A stretch of DNA of 40,144 nt from a virus. This document shows, piece after piece, positions 16,175 to 24,310 of the stretch. Numbering within the stretch: position 1 is the stretch's first letter; each line of letters opens with the position of its first letter. A program made the position numbers and the translations under genes. The DNA is taken from the IMG/VR virus record IMGVR_UViG_3300027708_000005; one strand, given 5' to 3'. The notes beneath the pieces are model-generated. The model was not told the origin of the DNA and ran no database searches. It worked only from the letters and a program-made list of their open reading frames with translations.

Positions 16175-16887
16175 TAATAGTTACCAGCAAAAATATTAAA
16201 ACGCTGACGTGTAGCCACAATGCTGTACGGCAGGGACATAATGTCGTCAGGATTATTAATTCTTTTAAGATTGCGCTTAGAAGTCATTGCAATACGAGCC
16301 ACATTAGGCGGTGGTTCTACGCCAAACTCATTAGCTATTTCACAAGCCAAATTGTATTTAAACGCCCTTAAATAGCCTGGAGGAAACGATAAATTAGTAG
16401 CAAGGTTAGCTGGCTGATCTAATTCAGTAACTGAAATAAAATGCCATTCCAATGCTTTTGTAGGCACTGGGTAAACATACATATCAATATTAGGGTAATC
16501 CATATTAATCCACATTACTTGTGGATAAGTGGAAGTCACTGTTTTAACCGCAATACCATCGTATTGTTGTTGATTAATAATCTTAATACCAAAAGAAATG
16601 CCATTGGTAGGATCTTTAAAGTACGTAGAATCATCTAATAAAATAGGACGATTACCTACAAAAGTACCTGTTGGGCCTAGTGTTCTATGAATTTGATTAG
16701 GTGTCCAAGTAAATACTTGATCTTGGGTAGAAAATATAGATAGACGTTCAGTATTCCACGAATCAATCATTTGATTCATAGCGTTAAGAGCATCTTGAGC
16801 AGTAGCCGCAGAAGGCGTTTCAGCCTCGGCAAGCATCCCGATTAAGCGTAATGCTCCATTTATTTGATCGGCGGCTGTAGTGGCCAT
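16174..16887 (-). CDS. P22 gp4-like head-to-tail adaptor
   Basis: 237 aa. QINGALRLIGMLAEAETPSAATAQDALNAMNQMIDSWN parallels P22 gp4 DLVRAALRKLGV...MQDAVDDLEAMMAEWY. YNLACEIANEFGVE parallels HNLACRIAPDYALE. Confidence 0.7.
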   Translation of the reverse strand: MATTAADQINGALRLIGMLAEAETPSAATAQDALNAMNQMIDSWNTERLSIFSTQDQVFTWTPNQIHRTLGPTGTFVGNRPILLDDSTYFKDPTNGISFGIKIINQQQYDGIAVKTVTSTYPQVMWINMDYPNIDMYVYPVPTKALEWHFISVTELDQPANLATNLSFPPGYLRAFKYNLACEIANEFGVEPPPNVARIAMTSKRNLKRINNPDDIMSLPYSIVATRQRFNIFAGNY

Positions 16888-16896
16888 AACAACTCC

Positions 16897-17100
16897 TTAC
16901 TCTGCGGTTTTACGACGTCTTTTTACATCCAATGTATTAACAGGATCCGCAATTATTTCTTCTACAGCTTCTTCTACGACTTCTAGTTGCGTGTCCAATT
17001 CGTAGCGTTTCCACCCTTGTGCTTCGTCATGTTCTGCTTCGGCTTCCATTGTAGCAACTTTAGTGCCGTGGTCAGGGTGTTTTAAATAGATTATAGGCAT
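16897..17100 (-). CDS. Small acidic hypothetical protein (67 aa)
   Basis: The ORF-track ORF trimmed to the ATG at 17100 (MPIIYLKHPDHG...). The upstream extension would overlap a stable hairpin. Confidence 0.55.
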   Translation of the reverse strand: MPIIYLKHPDHGTKVATMEAEAEHDEAQGWKRYELDTQLEVVEEAVEEIIADPVNTLDVKRRRKTAE

Positions 17101-17115
17101 GATTTCTTTAGTTAG

Positions 17116-17136
17116 ATAGGGGGACAAGCCCCCTAT
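17116..17136 (-). other. Stable 8-bp stem-loop without a U-tract between the 137-aa and 67-aa genes
   Basis: ATAGGGGG-acaag-CCCCCTAT, with exactly complementary arms. Confidence 0.6.
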
Positions 17137-17139
17137 TTA

Positions 17140-17553
17140 TTACGATGCGCCGTGAATAATAGTGTAATTAATAATGACAGCTTCAGAATATGAAGTTGCA
17201 CTTAAATTACGTAATGAAATTAAAGCAGTACCAGCAGACAAATAAGAAACATAAGTAGTGTAAGCACCAGCAGCGCTGCCAGTAGTATTACTAGATACGC
17301 ACACAATGATCGTGTCATTGGTGGAAATCAAGTTATTGGTTAGTACAAAAGATACTACAGCACCACCAGCCAAAGCAGCGTTGTTCATTGTGATACGACC
17401 AGCAGATTTGTTTAGAGTTACCCCTGTAGACTTATCTGTTGCTTGTGTCACAGTGCCCTGAGCAGCCGTTGAATAGCCAATTTCTTGACTTGCGTAACAA
17501 GTAGTAAATTCGGGATCGCTATATGCAACACCGATTGCTTGTGTATTAGGCAT
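17140..17553 (-). CDS. Small Thr/Ser/Ala-rich beta-type virion protein (candidate capsid decoration protein)
   Basis: 137 aa. Has its own RBS and is bracketed by terminator-like hairpins downstream of the coat gene. Confidence 0.5.
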   Translation of the reverse strand: MPNTQAIGVAYSDPEFTTCYASQEIGYSTAAQGTVTQATDKSTGVTLNKSAGRITMNNAALAGGAVVSFVLTNNLISTNDTIIVCVSSNTTGSAAGAYTTYVSYLSAGTALISLRNLSATSYSEAVIINYTIIHGAS

Positions 17554-17562
17554 AATTTTTCC

Positions 17563-17591
17563 TTAAAAAGAAACCCGCCCCGAAGGGCGGG
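17563..17591 (-). terminator. Rho-independent terminator
   Basis: The minus strand reads CCCGCCC-UUCG-GGGCGGG followed by UUUCUUUUU. Confidence 0.85.
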
Positions 17592-17599
17592 ATATTACA

Positions 17600-17995
17600 T
17601 TAACCAGCAATGCGGTAGAAAACATAGGTTGCGTCAGCGGTCTTACGAACGCGCCATTGGCAAGCTGTGTTTGCTGAAACGGCTGCTACACCAACTAATG
17701 TACAACCTGTATTAGCTGTTACAGTAGCGGCGTTTGTGCCACCAATATTGATAATAAAAAAGTCAAACGAGCTATTTACTTTCATGCTAGTAAAAGCTGC
17801 ATCCAAGTCAGTACCCAAAGGAACTGTCAAGTTTGAAGCTGTACCATTATAGTTAATAATGCCGTTTGCTAATTCAGCAGCAGTTAAAGTTGCTGCGGCT
17901 GCTTTAGCTATTGGTGCTGATTGAACTCCTAATACTACTTCGGTTAAGTTACCGTCGCCTAACTGATAACCACCTGCGCCATTTGGAAGTGCCAT
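17600..17995 (-). CDS. Small Ala/Thr/Gly-rich virion protein (candidate capsid decoration protein)
   Basis: 131 aa. Lies directly after the coat-gene terminator and is followed by its own terminator. Confidence 0.5.
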   Translation of the reverse strand: MALPNGAGGYQLGDGNLTEVVLGVQSAPIAKAAAATLTAAELANGIINYNGTASNLTVPLGTDLDAAFTSMKVNSSFDFFIINIGGTNAATVTANTGCTLVGVAAVSANTACQWRVRKTADATYVFYRIAG

Positions 17996-18017
17996 GATAT
18001 TAATTCCTTAAAAAATT

Positions 18018-18047
18018 GATTTAAAAAGCCCCCGCTTGCGCGGGAGC
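18018..18047 (-). terminator. Rho-independent terminator after the major capsid gene
   Basis: The minus strand reads GCUCCCGC-GCAA-GCGGGGGC (one mismatch) followed by UUUUUAAAUCAAUUUUUU. Confidence 0.8.
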
Positions 18048-18055
18048 ATTTAGGT

Positions 18056-19258
18056 TTAACCCCAGATACGGCAAGCCATTGCTGGGCGAATTGTGCTAAA
18101 GCCATACAGAACGTCAATACGGCAAGGTAAACGGTCGTTATTGATGTCATACTGACGTACAACACGCATAGAAATACCGTTATGAACTTGGCGGGAAGCC
18201 ATGTCTACACCTTGTGGCAACAACAAGTCAGCGGTCGCAAAAGTGATCGCATCTTTGTGGTAAACCAAGTTTTGAGCGTACTGGCTAGAAGCTGAACCTA
18301 ACATTGTTACTACAGCAGAAGCTTGTGGGAATGAATCCACAGTTGCCAATGCGTTAGCAGATGTATAGATAGCTGGGCTGATAGACAAAGTAGCTGTGGA
18401 TGAACCAGTTGCAGCAGCAGTTACAGTGAACTGTTGCAAGCTACCAGTAGACTCACGGGTTTGTGGGTTAACAGCGTATACGTTAGCGATTGTGAATACA
18501 TCACCTACGTTCCAAGTCTTGCTAGAACCAGTAAAGCTAATACCTAAAGTAGCTTGACCTTCAGTAGCAACAGTTGAAGTTACAGTGATAGTTGTACCCC
18601 AAGCGCCAGTTGTATGTTGCTTGATAGATTGGCTCATGTTAATTTCTTCAAAGCCCAATACACCCATACCCATCATGCCATTCTTGAATTGACGGCTGAT
18701 TGTGTCTGTAGGATTAAACAGACCTTTCATACCTTCAACCAAACCTGCGTTAGCTGCTGGGTTAACAGTAGCGTAACGTGGGGACATAACAGCAGCGTTT
18801 TCGTTCAACTTCTGTTGAGCTTGTAACAGCACCAAAGAAGTAGAAGGAGTTGTGCCAGGTGTACCAACTGAGCTATAAACTGCTTTGTAGCTGTTTGCTA
18901 CGTCAGCATCAATAGAAGAAGCCAACTGAGAGATACGTGGTTTCAAAACACGCTCTGCAAAGTCATCTAACTGCATTGTCAATTCAGCAGAGGTGAAGTT
19001 AACACCAATGTGTTTTTGTGACGCTACAGTCAAAGTTGTGTACTGTTCGTTGTCGTCTTGAACTTGCAAGGCGGCACCGTCAGTTACCAAAGCGCGGTCT
19101 GGTAAGCGGATACGGAGAGTAGAACCGATTTTTGCGCCTTCAACAGCGAAAGAATCGTCATACTGGCGGTTTACGTTACGTGTGAGTACAAGGTTGTTCT
19201 CGAGAATTTCGAGAGCTTTTCTTGTAATCATGTCGATGGTTAAAATCGAATTTGACAT
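18056..19258 (-). CDS. Major capsid protein, P22 coat-protein family
   Basis: 400 aa. The N-terminus ITRKALEILENNLVLTRNVNRQYDDSFAVEGAKIGSTLRIRLPDR matches the P22-coat family signature as recalled. It follows the scaffold gene. Confidence 0.85.
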   Translation of the reverse strand: MSNSILTIDMITRKALEILENNLVLTRNVNRQYDDSFAVEGAKIGSTLRIRLPDRALVTDGAALQVQDDNEQYTTLTVASQKHIGVNFTSAELTMQLDDFAERVLKPRISQLASSIDADVANSYKAVYSSVGTPGTTPSTSLVLLQAQQKLNENAAVMSPRYATVNPAANAGLVEGMKGLFNPTDTISRQFKNGMMGMGVLGFEEINMSQSIKQHTTGAWGTTITVTSTVATEGQATLGISFTGSSKTWNVGDVFTIANVYAVNPQTRESTGSLQQFTVTAAATGSSTATLSISPAIYTSANALATVDSFPQASAVVTMLGSASSQYAQNLVYHKDAITFATADLLLPQGVDMASRQVHNGISMRVVRQYDINNDRLPCRIDVLYGFSTIRPAMACRIWG

Positions 19259-19282
19259 AATAAAGTCCTAATTAAAAAATAG

Positions 19283-20071
19283 TTAGCGGTTTCTCTGCGC
19301 TTCCCACTTCTTGATCTGGCGTTGGCGTTCAGCTTCAATCCACTCTGATGTACTCATACTCTTGATAGAGCGAGGGTCAGTCGTGTCTGTTGCTGGAGAT
19401 CCAGTGGATCTCGCCGTAACCGGAGCAATTGGTGCTGGGGCGCTTGAAGTCTTTTTTACAACGGGGCTATCAGCTAATTTAGCTTCAATTTTCCCTAATT
19501 CTTTGGCTTGCTGGAGTGGCGATAAACGAGAAATACGTTCGGCTTCTTTTGGATTAGACCCTAGGTAATAAGCCATATCGGGGCCAACTTCTGAAGCTTG
19601 AATCGTTTGAGCCATAGCGTCCGTGATTGGTAGCTTGGAGTTATATGCGACTTGTTCAAAATCGTCATACTTAGTCCGTGCTTCTTCTTCACGATCGTGG
19701 TACGCCTCAATGATCTCAGACTGCATCCTAGCTTGTTCACGCCTAGCAAGCAATTCTTCTGCCTTACGTTCTGCCAATACATCGGCATATTCGTCAGGCG
19801 AATTAAACTGCTCAATTGGCGGGATTTCAGCAGGGATCTTTCGGGCTTGTGTTTCTTGAGCCTTAGCTGCCTGTTCTCTTTCCCACTTACGTTGTTCTCT
19901 AGCAAGTCGTTTACCAATAGCTGCGTCCAATTCTTCTTGTGAGAAGGTCTTGGGTGCTTCCGCTGCTGGTTCTACTGCTTCCGGCGCTACTTCTTCAGTT
20001 TCAGGTGCAGCCGTTGCCACCTGCTCTGGCGCGGATACTTCCGCTGGTACTACTTCTTGACTTTCGTCCAT
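19283..20071 (-). CDS. Scaffolding protein
   Basis: 262 aa. Acidic Pro/Glu/Ala N-terminus, FSQEELDAAIGKRLAREQRKWE motif and highly charged helices, immediately upstream of the coat gene. Confidence 0.75.
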   Translation of the reverse strand: MDESQEVVPAEVSAPEQVATAAPETEEVAPEAVEPAAEAPKTFSQEELDAAIGKRLAREQRKWEREQAAKAQETQARKIPAEIPPIEQFNSPDEYADVLAERKAEELLARREQARMQSEIIEAYHDREEEARTKYDDFEQVAYNSKLPITDAMAQTIQASEVGPDMAYYLGSNPKEAERISRLSPLQQAKELGKIEAKLADSPVVKKTSSAPAPIAPVTARSTGSPATDTTDPRSIKSMSTSEWIEAERQRQIKKWEAQRNR

Positions 20072-20093
20072 TTCGATGTTTCCTTAAGAAACC

Positions 20094-20110
20094 CTGGTGT
20101 ATCGCACCAG
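20094..20110 (-). other. 6-bp stem-loop between the coiled-coil gene and the scaffold gene
   Basis: CTGGTG-tatcg-CACCAG. On the minus strand it is followed by GGUUUCUUAAGG, which contains the scaffold RBS. Confidence 0.4.
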
Positions 20111-20123
20111 TACGATTTAAAAA

Positions 20124-20621
20124 TTAAACTTCCAAAGACGCCACTTTAGCTTGGAAAGCCTTGATTCGGGCATCTAAAGCAATGCGGTCAGCGTCTATTT
20201 GATCTTGTTTTGCTTGCAAAGCAATTTGTGCTTTGGCTAAAGCTGCATCAGAATCAGCTACAGCTTGTTTTTGTGCGTCGACAGCTTTATTAAACGCAGC
20301 AAAGTCTTTTTCATATTGACCTTCACGTTTGTTTAAATCCGCTTCTTTATCGGCTAACGCTTTTTTTAGTGTTTTAGAAGCATCATTAGCTTCTTTAGCT
20401 TGAGCTAAATTAATATCTGCTTCGGCTTTTACACTTTTTGCATACGCATCTGCGTCTGAACGTAGTTTATTGGCATCTTCAACAGCGGATAAAGCGCCTT
20501 GACGTTTAGCCAATTCATCACGCAAAACAGCCATTTGACCAAGATCTTTAAGAAAATCTTTGGTGAAATAGTCCATTAATTTGCTAGAGTCAATGCCACC
20601 AGAACCATTAGAGAGATCCAT
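20124..20621 (-). CDS. Coiled-coil protein (Ala/Lys/Asp-rich; possible second scaffold or fibre-associated protein)
   Basis: 165 aa, heptad-like charged sequence throughout. Confidence 0.5.
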   Translation of the reverse strand: MDLSNGSGGIDSSKLMDYFTKDFLKDLGQMAVLRDELAKRQGALSAVEDANKLRSDADAYAKSVKAEADINLAQAKEANDASKTLKKALADKEADLNKREGQYEKDFAAFNKAVDAQKQAVADSDAALAKAQIALQAKQDQIDADRIALDARIKAFQAKVASLEV

Positions 20622-20630
20622 AGCTATTCC

Positions 20631-20936
20631 TTATGCGTAGTAGGATATATTGAGTTTAGCACTAGCTGTTTGCTCAATAAATTGAATATTTTTTAAATCG
20701 CCGTCGTATTGTAACGTAACGCCAGCAGCCAAAGGCATACCTACAGAAGCGGTAGGGGCCGTTCCATCATCGCGCCAACGAACGCCTTGTGTTTCAGGTG
20801 TAATTAACGCAAAAGTAGGCTTTTGGTTAAGACCTGTTTTATCAAGCAAAGGCACAGTAAGGCTTTGAGCCGAACTTAAACTAGTAATCTGTTGATAACC
20901 GATACATACGGTTATCGCTTTTAAATTCATAGACAT
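20631..20936 (-). CDS. Small beta-rich hypothetical virion protein
   Basis: 101 aa ORF, tightly packed. Contains ...GVRWRDDGTAPTASVGMPL...NISYYA. Confidence 0.5.
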   Translation of the reverse strand: MSMNLKAITVCIGYQQITSLSSAQSLTVPLLDKTGLNQKPTFALITPETQGVRWRDDGTAPTASVGMPLAAGVTLQYDGDLKNIQFIEQTASAKLNISYYA

Positions 20937-21053
20937 TTAATATCTCCCTCGTTCGGTAAGTGACCGAAGTTTTACGTAAAGTTGTTCTGCTGCCTGAATA
21001 ATACTACCAAAAAACCCGCCTGCAAAGAAATATCCACCAAAAAAGTTGCTCAT
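20937..21053 (-). CDS. Micro-ORF (38 aa), Gly/Phe-rich hydrophobic N-terminus
   Basis: MSNFFGGYFFAGGFFGSIIQAAEQLYVKLRSLTERGRY. It starts 1 nt after the upstream stop, and its stop abuts the next ATG. Confidence 0.45.
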   Translation of the reverse strand: MSNFFGGYFFAGGFFGSIIQAAEQLYVKLRSLTERGRY

Positions 21054-21054
21054 T

Positions 21055-21321
21055 TTAGCAATCCACGGCGCCTTCGTACTGGCTAAAAGTCTTTAATACC
21101 TCATAAATTGCTGGGATTAAATCACCTTTTAAATCTTCCATAGCGATGTAGTGAGCATCTTCACGCACAGTAGACAAATTCTGATGTTTTGCATCTTCGT
21201 TAAAGTAAATAGCTACTTGAACTTGTAATTGGTCTTTAGTGCCGTAAAAGTTAGTAATTTTGGCATAAGCTTCTTCTGCTGGTACGCCAAATTGAGTTGC
21301 TACTGATAGTTTGAGGGCCAT
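21055..21321 (-). CDS. Hypothetical protein downstream of the large fibre
   Basis: 88 aa ORF with normal packing. Confidence 0.55.
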   Translation of the reverse strand: MALKLSVATQFGVPAEEAYAKITNFYGTKDQLQVQVAIYFNEDAKHQNLSTVREDAHYIAMEDLKGDLIPAIYEVLKTFSQYEGAVDC

Positions 21322-21333
21322 ATTGTTTCCTTT

Positions 21334-23826
21334 TTAGTATGTCATTTCTGCTGTTTCGGCTTTTGCAACCCAACGAATTGTTGTAGAAGCCTGTCCTGTT
21401 ACTGTAATCTTTAATCCACCAAATGTTGTATCTGCTGTGGCAGTTACTGCCCAAGTTGCTGCGCCAGTATCTGTTGCTACTACTGTCGTTGTTACTGTTC
21501 CTACAATAGCAGTTGTACCTACACCAGCGCCACGCTTAATAGCACCTTCTAGTGTCCAAGCCTTTGTATCGCCAGCACCAGTTACACCAGCAATAACTCT
21601 GACTTTAAAATAATAAGCAGAGTTATTAGGTAGGATTATTTGGTTTGTGCCAGCAGGAGTATTTACATCTGAAGCCAATACTGTAGCAGTTGCATCGGTA
21701 GTTTGTCTAGCAAGAATTAATAATGCGGCTTGGTTTATTCCAGTACTTGCGGCGACAGGAGTATTACAAGCTGACATAGCTTGCATACCAGAAATGCCCC
21801 TAGTTGTTCCATAATAACCCCCACCAATAAAACTTCCTGCACTATTAGCTTGATTATTGCTACCACCAGCTATTGCTGCATAAGTTCCAGAAGCGTTATT
21901 AGCAACTCCTGCGCCAACAAAACTACTTTGACCAGAAGATGTGTTTCCATTAAATGTTGCAGAAGCTACACCGCCACCACCAATAAAAGCTCCTGTTCCA
22001 GAAGATAAATTTTTTATACCACCACATATAACAGAATAATCACCAGATGCCGCATTTCTATTAGCCGCAGTACCAGCATCACCACCGCCACCGATAAAGC
22101 TATATGAGCCTGTTGCTTGGTTATTACCACCACCGACTATTACTCCATGAGGTGTGTAGAAAGATAAAGTAACACCAGCAGCAGTTGTCGCATTTTGACT
22201 GATTGTGAATGTATAAGCTGTGCCAGTAATCGTTGTTGAGGCTACAGTCTGTGATACAGATACAGTCCAAGAAAGACCTGAACCACTAACAATATAAGTA
22301 CCAGCAGTTACACCAGTACCAGTTAGAACCATACCAGCAATGATTGTGCCTGATGCTAAAGAACCTACAGTTAGCGTTGTTCCGCTAATAGTAGAAGTGT
22401 TCATTACTGCAGCAGTACCAGTAGTTACTGTTGATGTTGCGTAGGTTGCAGAGTTAGAATTTGATATTGCAGTAATACCAGTACCTAATATTAATTGACC
22501 TACTTTAATGTTTGCATTAGTAGATGTTAAATAAAGTGTAGTACTAGCTGTTACTGCAATAGTTGTAACTTGTGTTGTTACTGCGGCAGATGCTGTAGCA
22601 GAATTAGATTCACCACCAACAATTGAATTAAAATAACCAGAAGCAGTATTTAAATGACCACCAACAATACTAGAATAACCACCAGAAATAGTATTTGATT
22701 GTCCAGCTACGATTGCAGATGCTGCGGCGGGACTTCCATTTATTGTGTTATTAATTCCTGAACCAACAAATTGATAACTATATGTAGCAGTATTTTGTGC
22801 GCCGCCAGCAATCACAGAAGATATACCAGCCGCCACTTGAGCCGCAGTAGCCCTACTTGTCTGCCAATCAACCGCATTAGCACCCCTAGCGTTACCGCCT
22901 GTTGCTGATGAAGTAGTTTTTTGTGCTTGTAATGCGCCTGTTCCTAAAGGTTGTAAGACTAATGGGGTATTTGTACCGCCAGTAGCGTAAACTCCAGGGT
23001 AAGAAGCATCACCAATAGCTTGAATATAAGTAGTTGAAGTAGTACCTAATGAAGCTGTACCAGTTGATTCTAAGGTGGTAAATTTGCCAGTATTAGGAGA
23101 AGTATTACCAATAGTAGGTGGGCTAGATAAATCTAAAGTACCGCCTAATGTAAGGTTTCCACTAGAAGTAACTGTGCCGCTAAGACTAATGCCTGAAACT
23201 GTACCTGTACCAGCTACGCTAGTTACTGAACCACTACCTTTGTTATTAAATGTAGTCCAATCAGTTGATGTTAAATAACCATTGGTTGTTGTATTGGCGG
23301 CAGCCATGCTAATTACAGGTGTTGTAGTGCCTGTGGCTACACTTACTGGTGCTGTTCCTGTAACACTAGTAACAGTACCACCGCTTGATGGGCTTGTATT
23401 AGTAACAGTAAAGCTAGGGTATGTTCCTGTTACAGAAATGCCTGTGCCACTTGCAATGGCTACAGTTTGGTCAGGTGCGCTATTAGTAATGGTAAAGCTA
23501 GGATATGTACCGCTAGTAGATATTCCTGTGCCAGCAGTTAATACGACTGTTTGATCTGGAGCCGTATTGGTAATGTTTAAAGTACCACTAGAGGTAATTG
23601 GACTACCAGTTACACTTATTCCTGTTCCACCCGTAGCTGCTACGCTTGTAACACTACCAACGCCTGTAACACCTGTAATTGAACCACCAGTAATATTGAC
23701 ATTATTGGCATCTTGCTCTGCCATTGTGCCAACCCCACTTAATGTGTGGTTAGCATCCCAAGCAGTAGCGCCAGTAGCGCTAAAAGTGCCGTCTGCTAAA
23801 GTAGAGTGTTTTACAACGACGGCCAT
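21334..23826 (-). CDS. Large fibre/adhesin-like protein with tandem 29-aa repeats and Hep_Hag/YadA-like Gly-rich repeats
   Basis: The ORF-track 846-aa ORF trimmed to ATG 23826 (MAVVVKHSTLADG..., 830 aa), which overlaps the upstream stop by 1 nt. Repeats APDQTVVLTAGTGISTSGTYPSFTITNS / APDQTVAIASGTGISVTGTYPSFTVTNT. TNGYLTSTDWTTFNNK motif. Multiple GG.N.A.G.YS.I.GG units. Confidence 0.75.
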   Translation of the reverse strand: MAVVVKHSTLADGTFSATGATAWDANHTLSGVGTMAEQDANNVNITGGSITGVTGVGSVTSVAATGGTGISVTGSPITSSGTLNITNTAPDQTVVLTAGTGISTSGTYPSFTITNSAPDQTVAIASGTGISVTGTYPSFTVTNTSPSSGGTVTSVTGTAPVSVATGTTTPVISMAAANTTTNGYLTSTDWTTFNNKGSGSVTSVAGTGTVSGISLSGTVTSSGNLTLGGTLDLSSPPTIGNTSPNTGKFTTLESTGTASLGTTSTTYIQAIGDASYPGVYATGGTNTPLVLQPLGTGALQAQKTTSSATGGNARGANAVDWQTSRATAAQVAAGISSVIAGGAQNTATYSYQFVGSGINNTINGSPAAASAIVAGQSNTISGGYSSIVGGHLNTASGYFNSIVGGESNSATASAAVTTQVTTIAVTASTTLYLTSTNANIKVGQLILGTGITAISNSNSATYATSTVTTGTAAVMNTSTISGTTLTVGSLASGTIIAGMVLTGTGVTAGTYIVSGSGLSWTVSVSQTVASTTITGTAYTFTISQNATTAAGVTLSFYTPHGVIVGGGNNQATGSYSFIGGGGDAGTAANRNAASGDYSVICGGIKNLSSGTGAFIGGGGVASATFNGNTSSGQSSFVGAGVANNASGTYAAIAGGSNNQANSAGSFIGGGYYGTTRGISGMQAMSACNTPVAASTGINQAALLILARQTTDATATVLASDVNTPAGTNQIILPNNSAYYFKVRVIAGVTGAGDTKAWTLEGAIKRGAGVGTTAIVGTVTTTVVATDTGAATWAVTATADTTFGGLKITVTGQASTTIRWVAKAETAEMTY

Positions 23827-24302
23827 CAGGTACTCCAAATTTCTGTAGGGGCGGTTGGGAATACTGCATCCCATGTAGGGTTTACGGCAATGTTTCTAAT
23901 AGTGCTTCTGTATGCAATAAATTCAGCTTGGTTTGTAAGGTAAGGGTTTGACTTAGCAGGGTCAGCCACATCAGCAATAGAAGTCCAGTCAGTATTAGTA
24001 AGGATTTGTTTTGCTTGTGCAGCGTTTTGGTCAGCTTTTTGTTGCTCGTTATACGCAATTTGTTCAGGCGTTAAGTCTACAACCACCCATACTTGATACC
24101 ATTGGCCAGCGGTTTGCTCTGGCGTGGTTTGTTGAACTGCCTGAGTAATGGGATTGTAAGAAGGTTGTGGCGACTCCAATACAGGCTCATAAGGCGCTGG
24201 CGCTACAAATGGAGTTGGAAAGCTAGTATTAGGGTACTCAGCCTGTATTTGTGATTGATATACAGGGTACGCTAGTGTTTGAGTGTTAATAAATGTTGTC
24301 AT
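23826..24302 (-). CDS. Tail-fibre assembly/chaperone-like protein
   Basis: 158 aa. The C-terminal half (ILTNTDWTSIADVADPAKSNPYLTNQAEFIAYRSTIRNIAVNP) resembles the fibre-chaperone motif tDW...D......W..YR..LR. Confidence 0.5.
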   Translation of the reverse strand: MTTFINTQTLAYPVYQSQIQAEYPNTSFPTPFVAPAPYEPVLESPQPSYNPITQAVQQTTPEQTAGQWYQVWVVVDLTPEQIAYNEQQKADQNAAQAKQILTNTDWTSIADVADPAKSNPYLTNQAEFIAYRSTIRNIAVNPTWDAVFPTAPTEIWST

Positions 24303-24310
24303 AATTTGCC

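Noticed and set aside
23075-23848. Chain of + strand ORFs (67, 90 and 93 aa; Val/Pro/Leu-rich) and similar antisense ORFs elsewhere (e.g. 26320-26532, 26863-27285, 8226-9302, 19311-20127, 599-1007)
   Set aside because: They are the antisense reading of Thr/Gly/Ser/Ala-rich minus-strand genes, lack start contexts and are fully embedded in long, well-supported genes.
23827-23874. 16-codon N-terminal extension (MGCSIPNRPYRNLEYL) of the large fibre ORF
   Set aside because: It overlaps the end of the upstream chaperone-like gene. The ATG at 23826 gives a 1-nt stop/start overlap like the rest of the operon.
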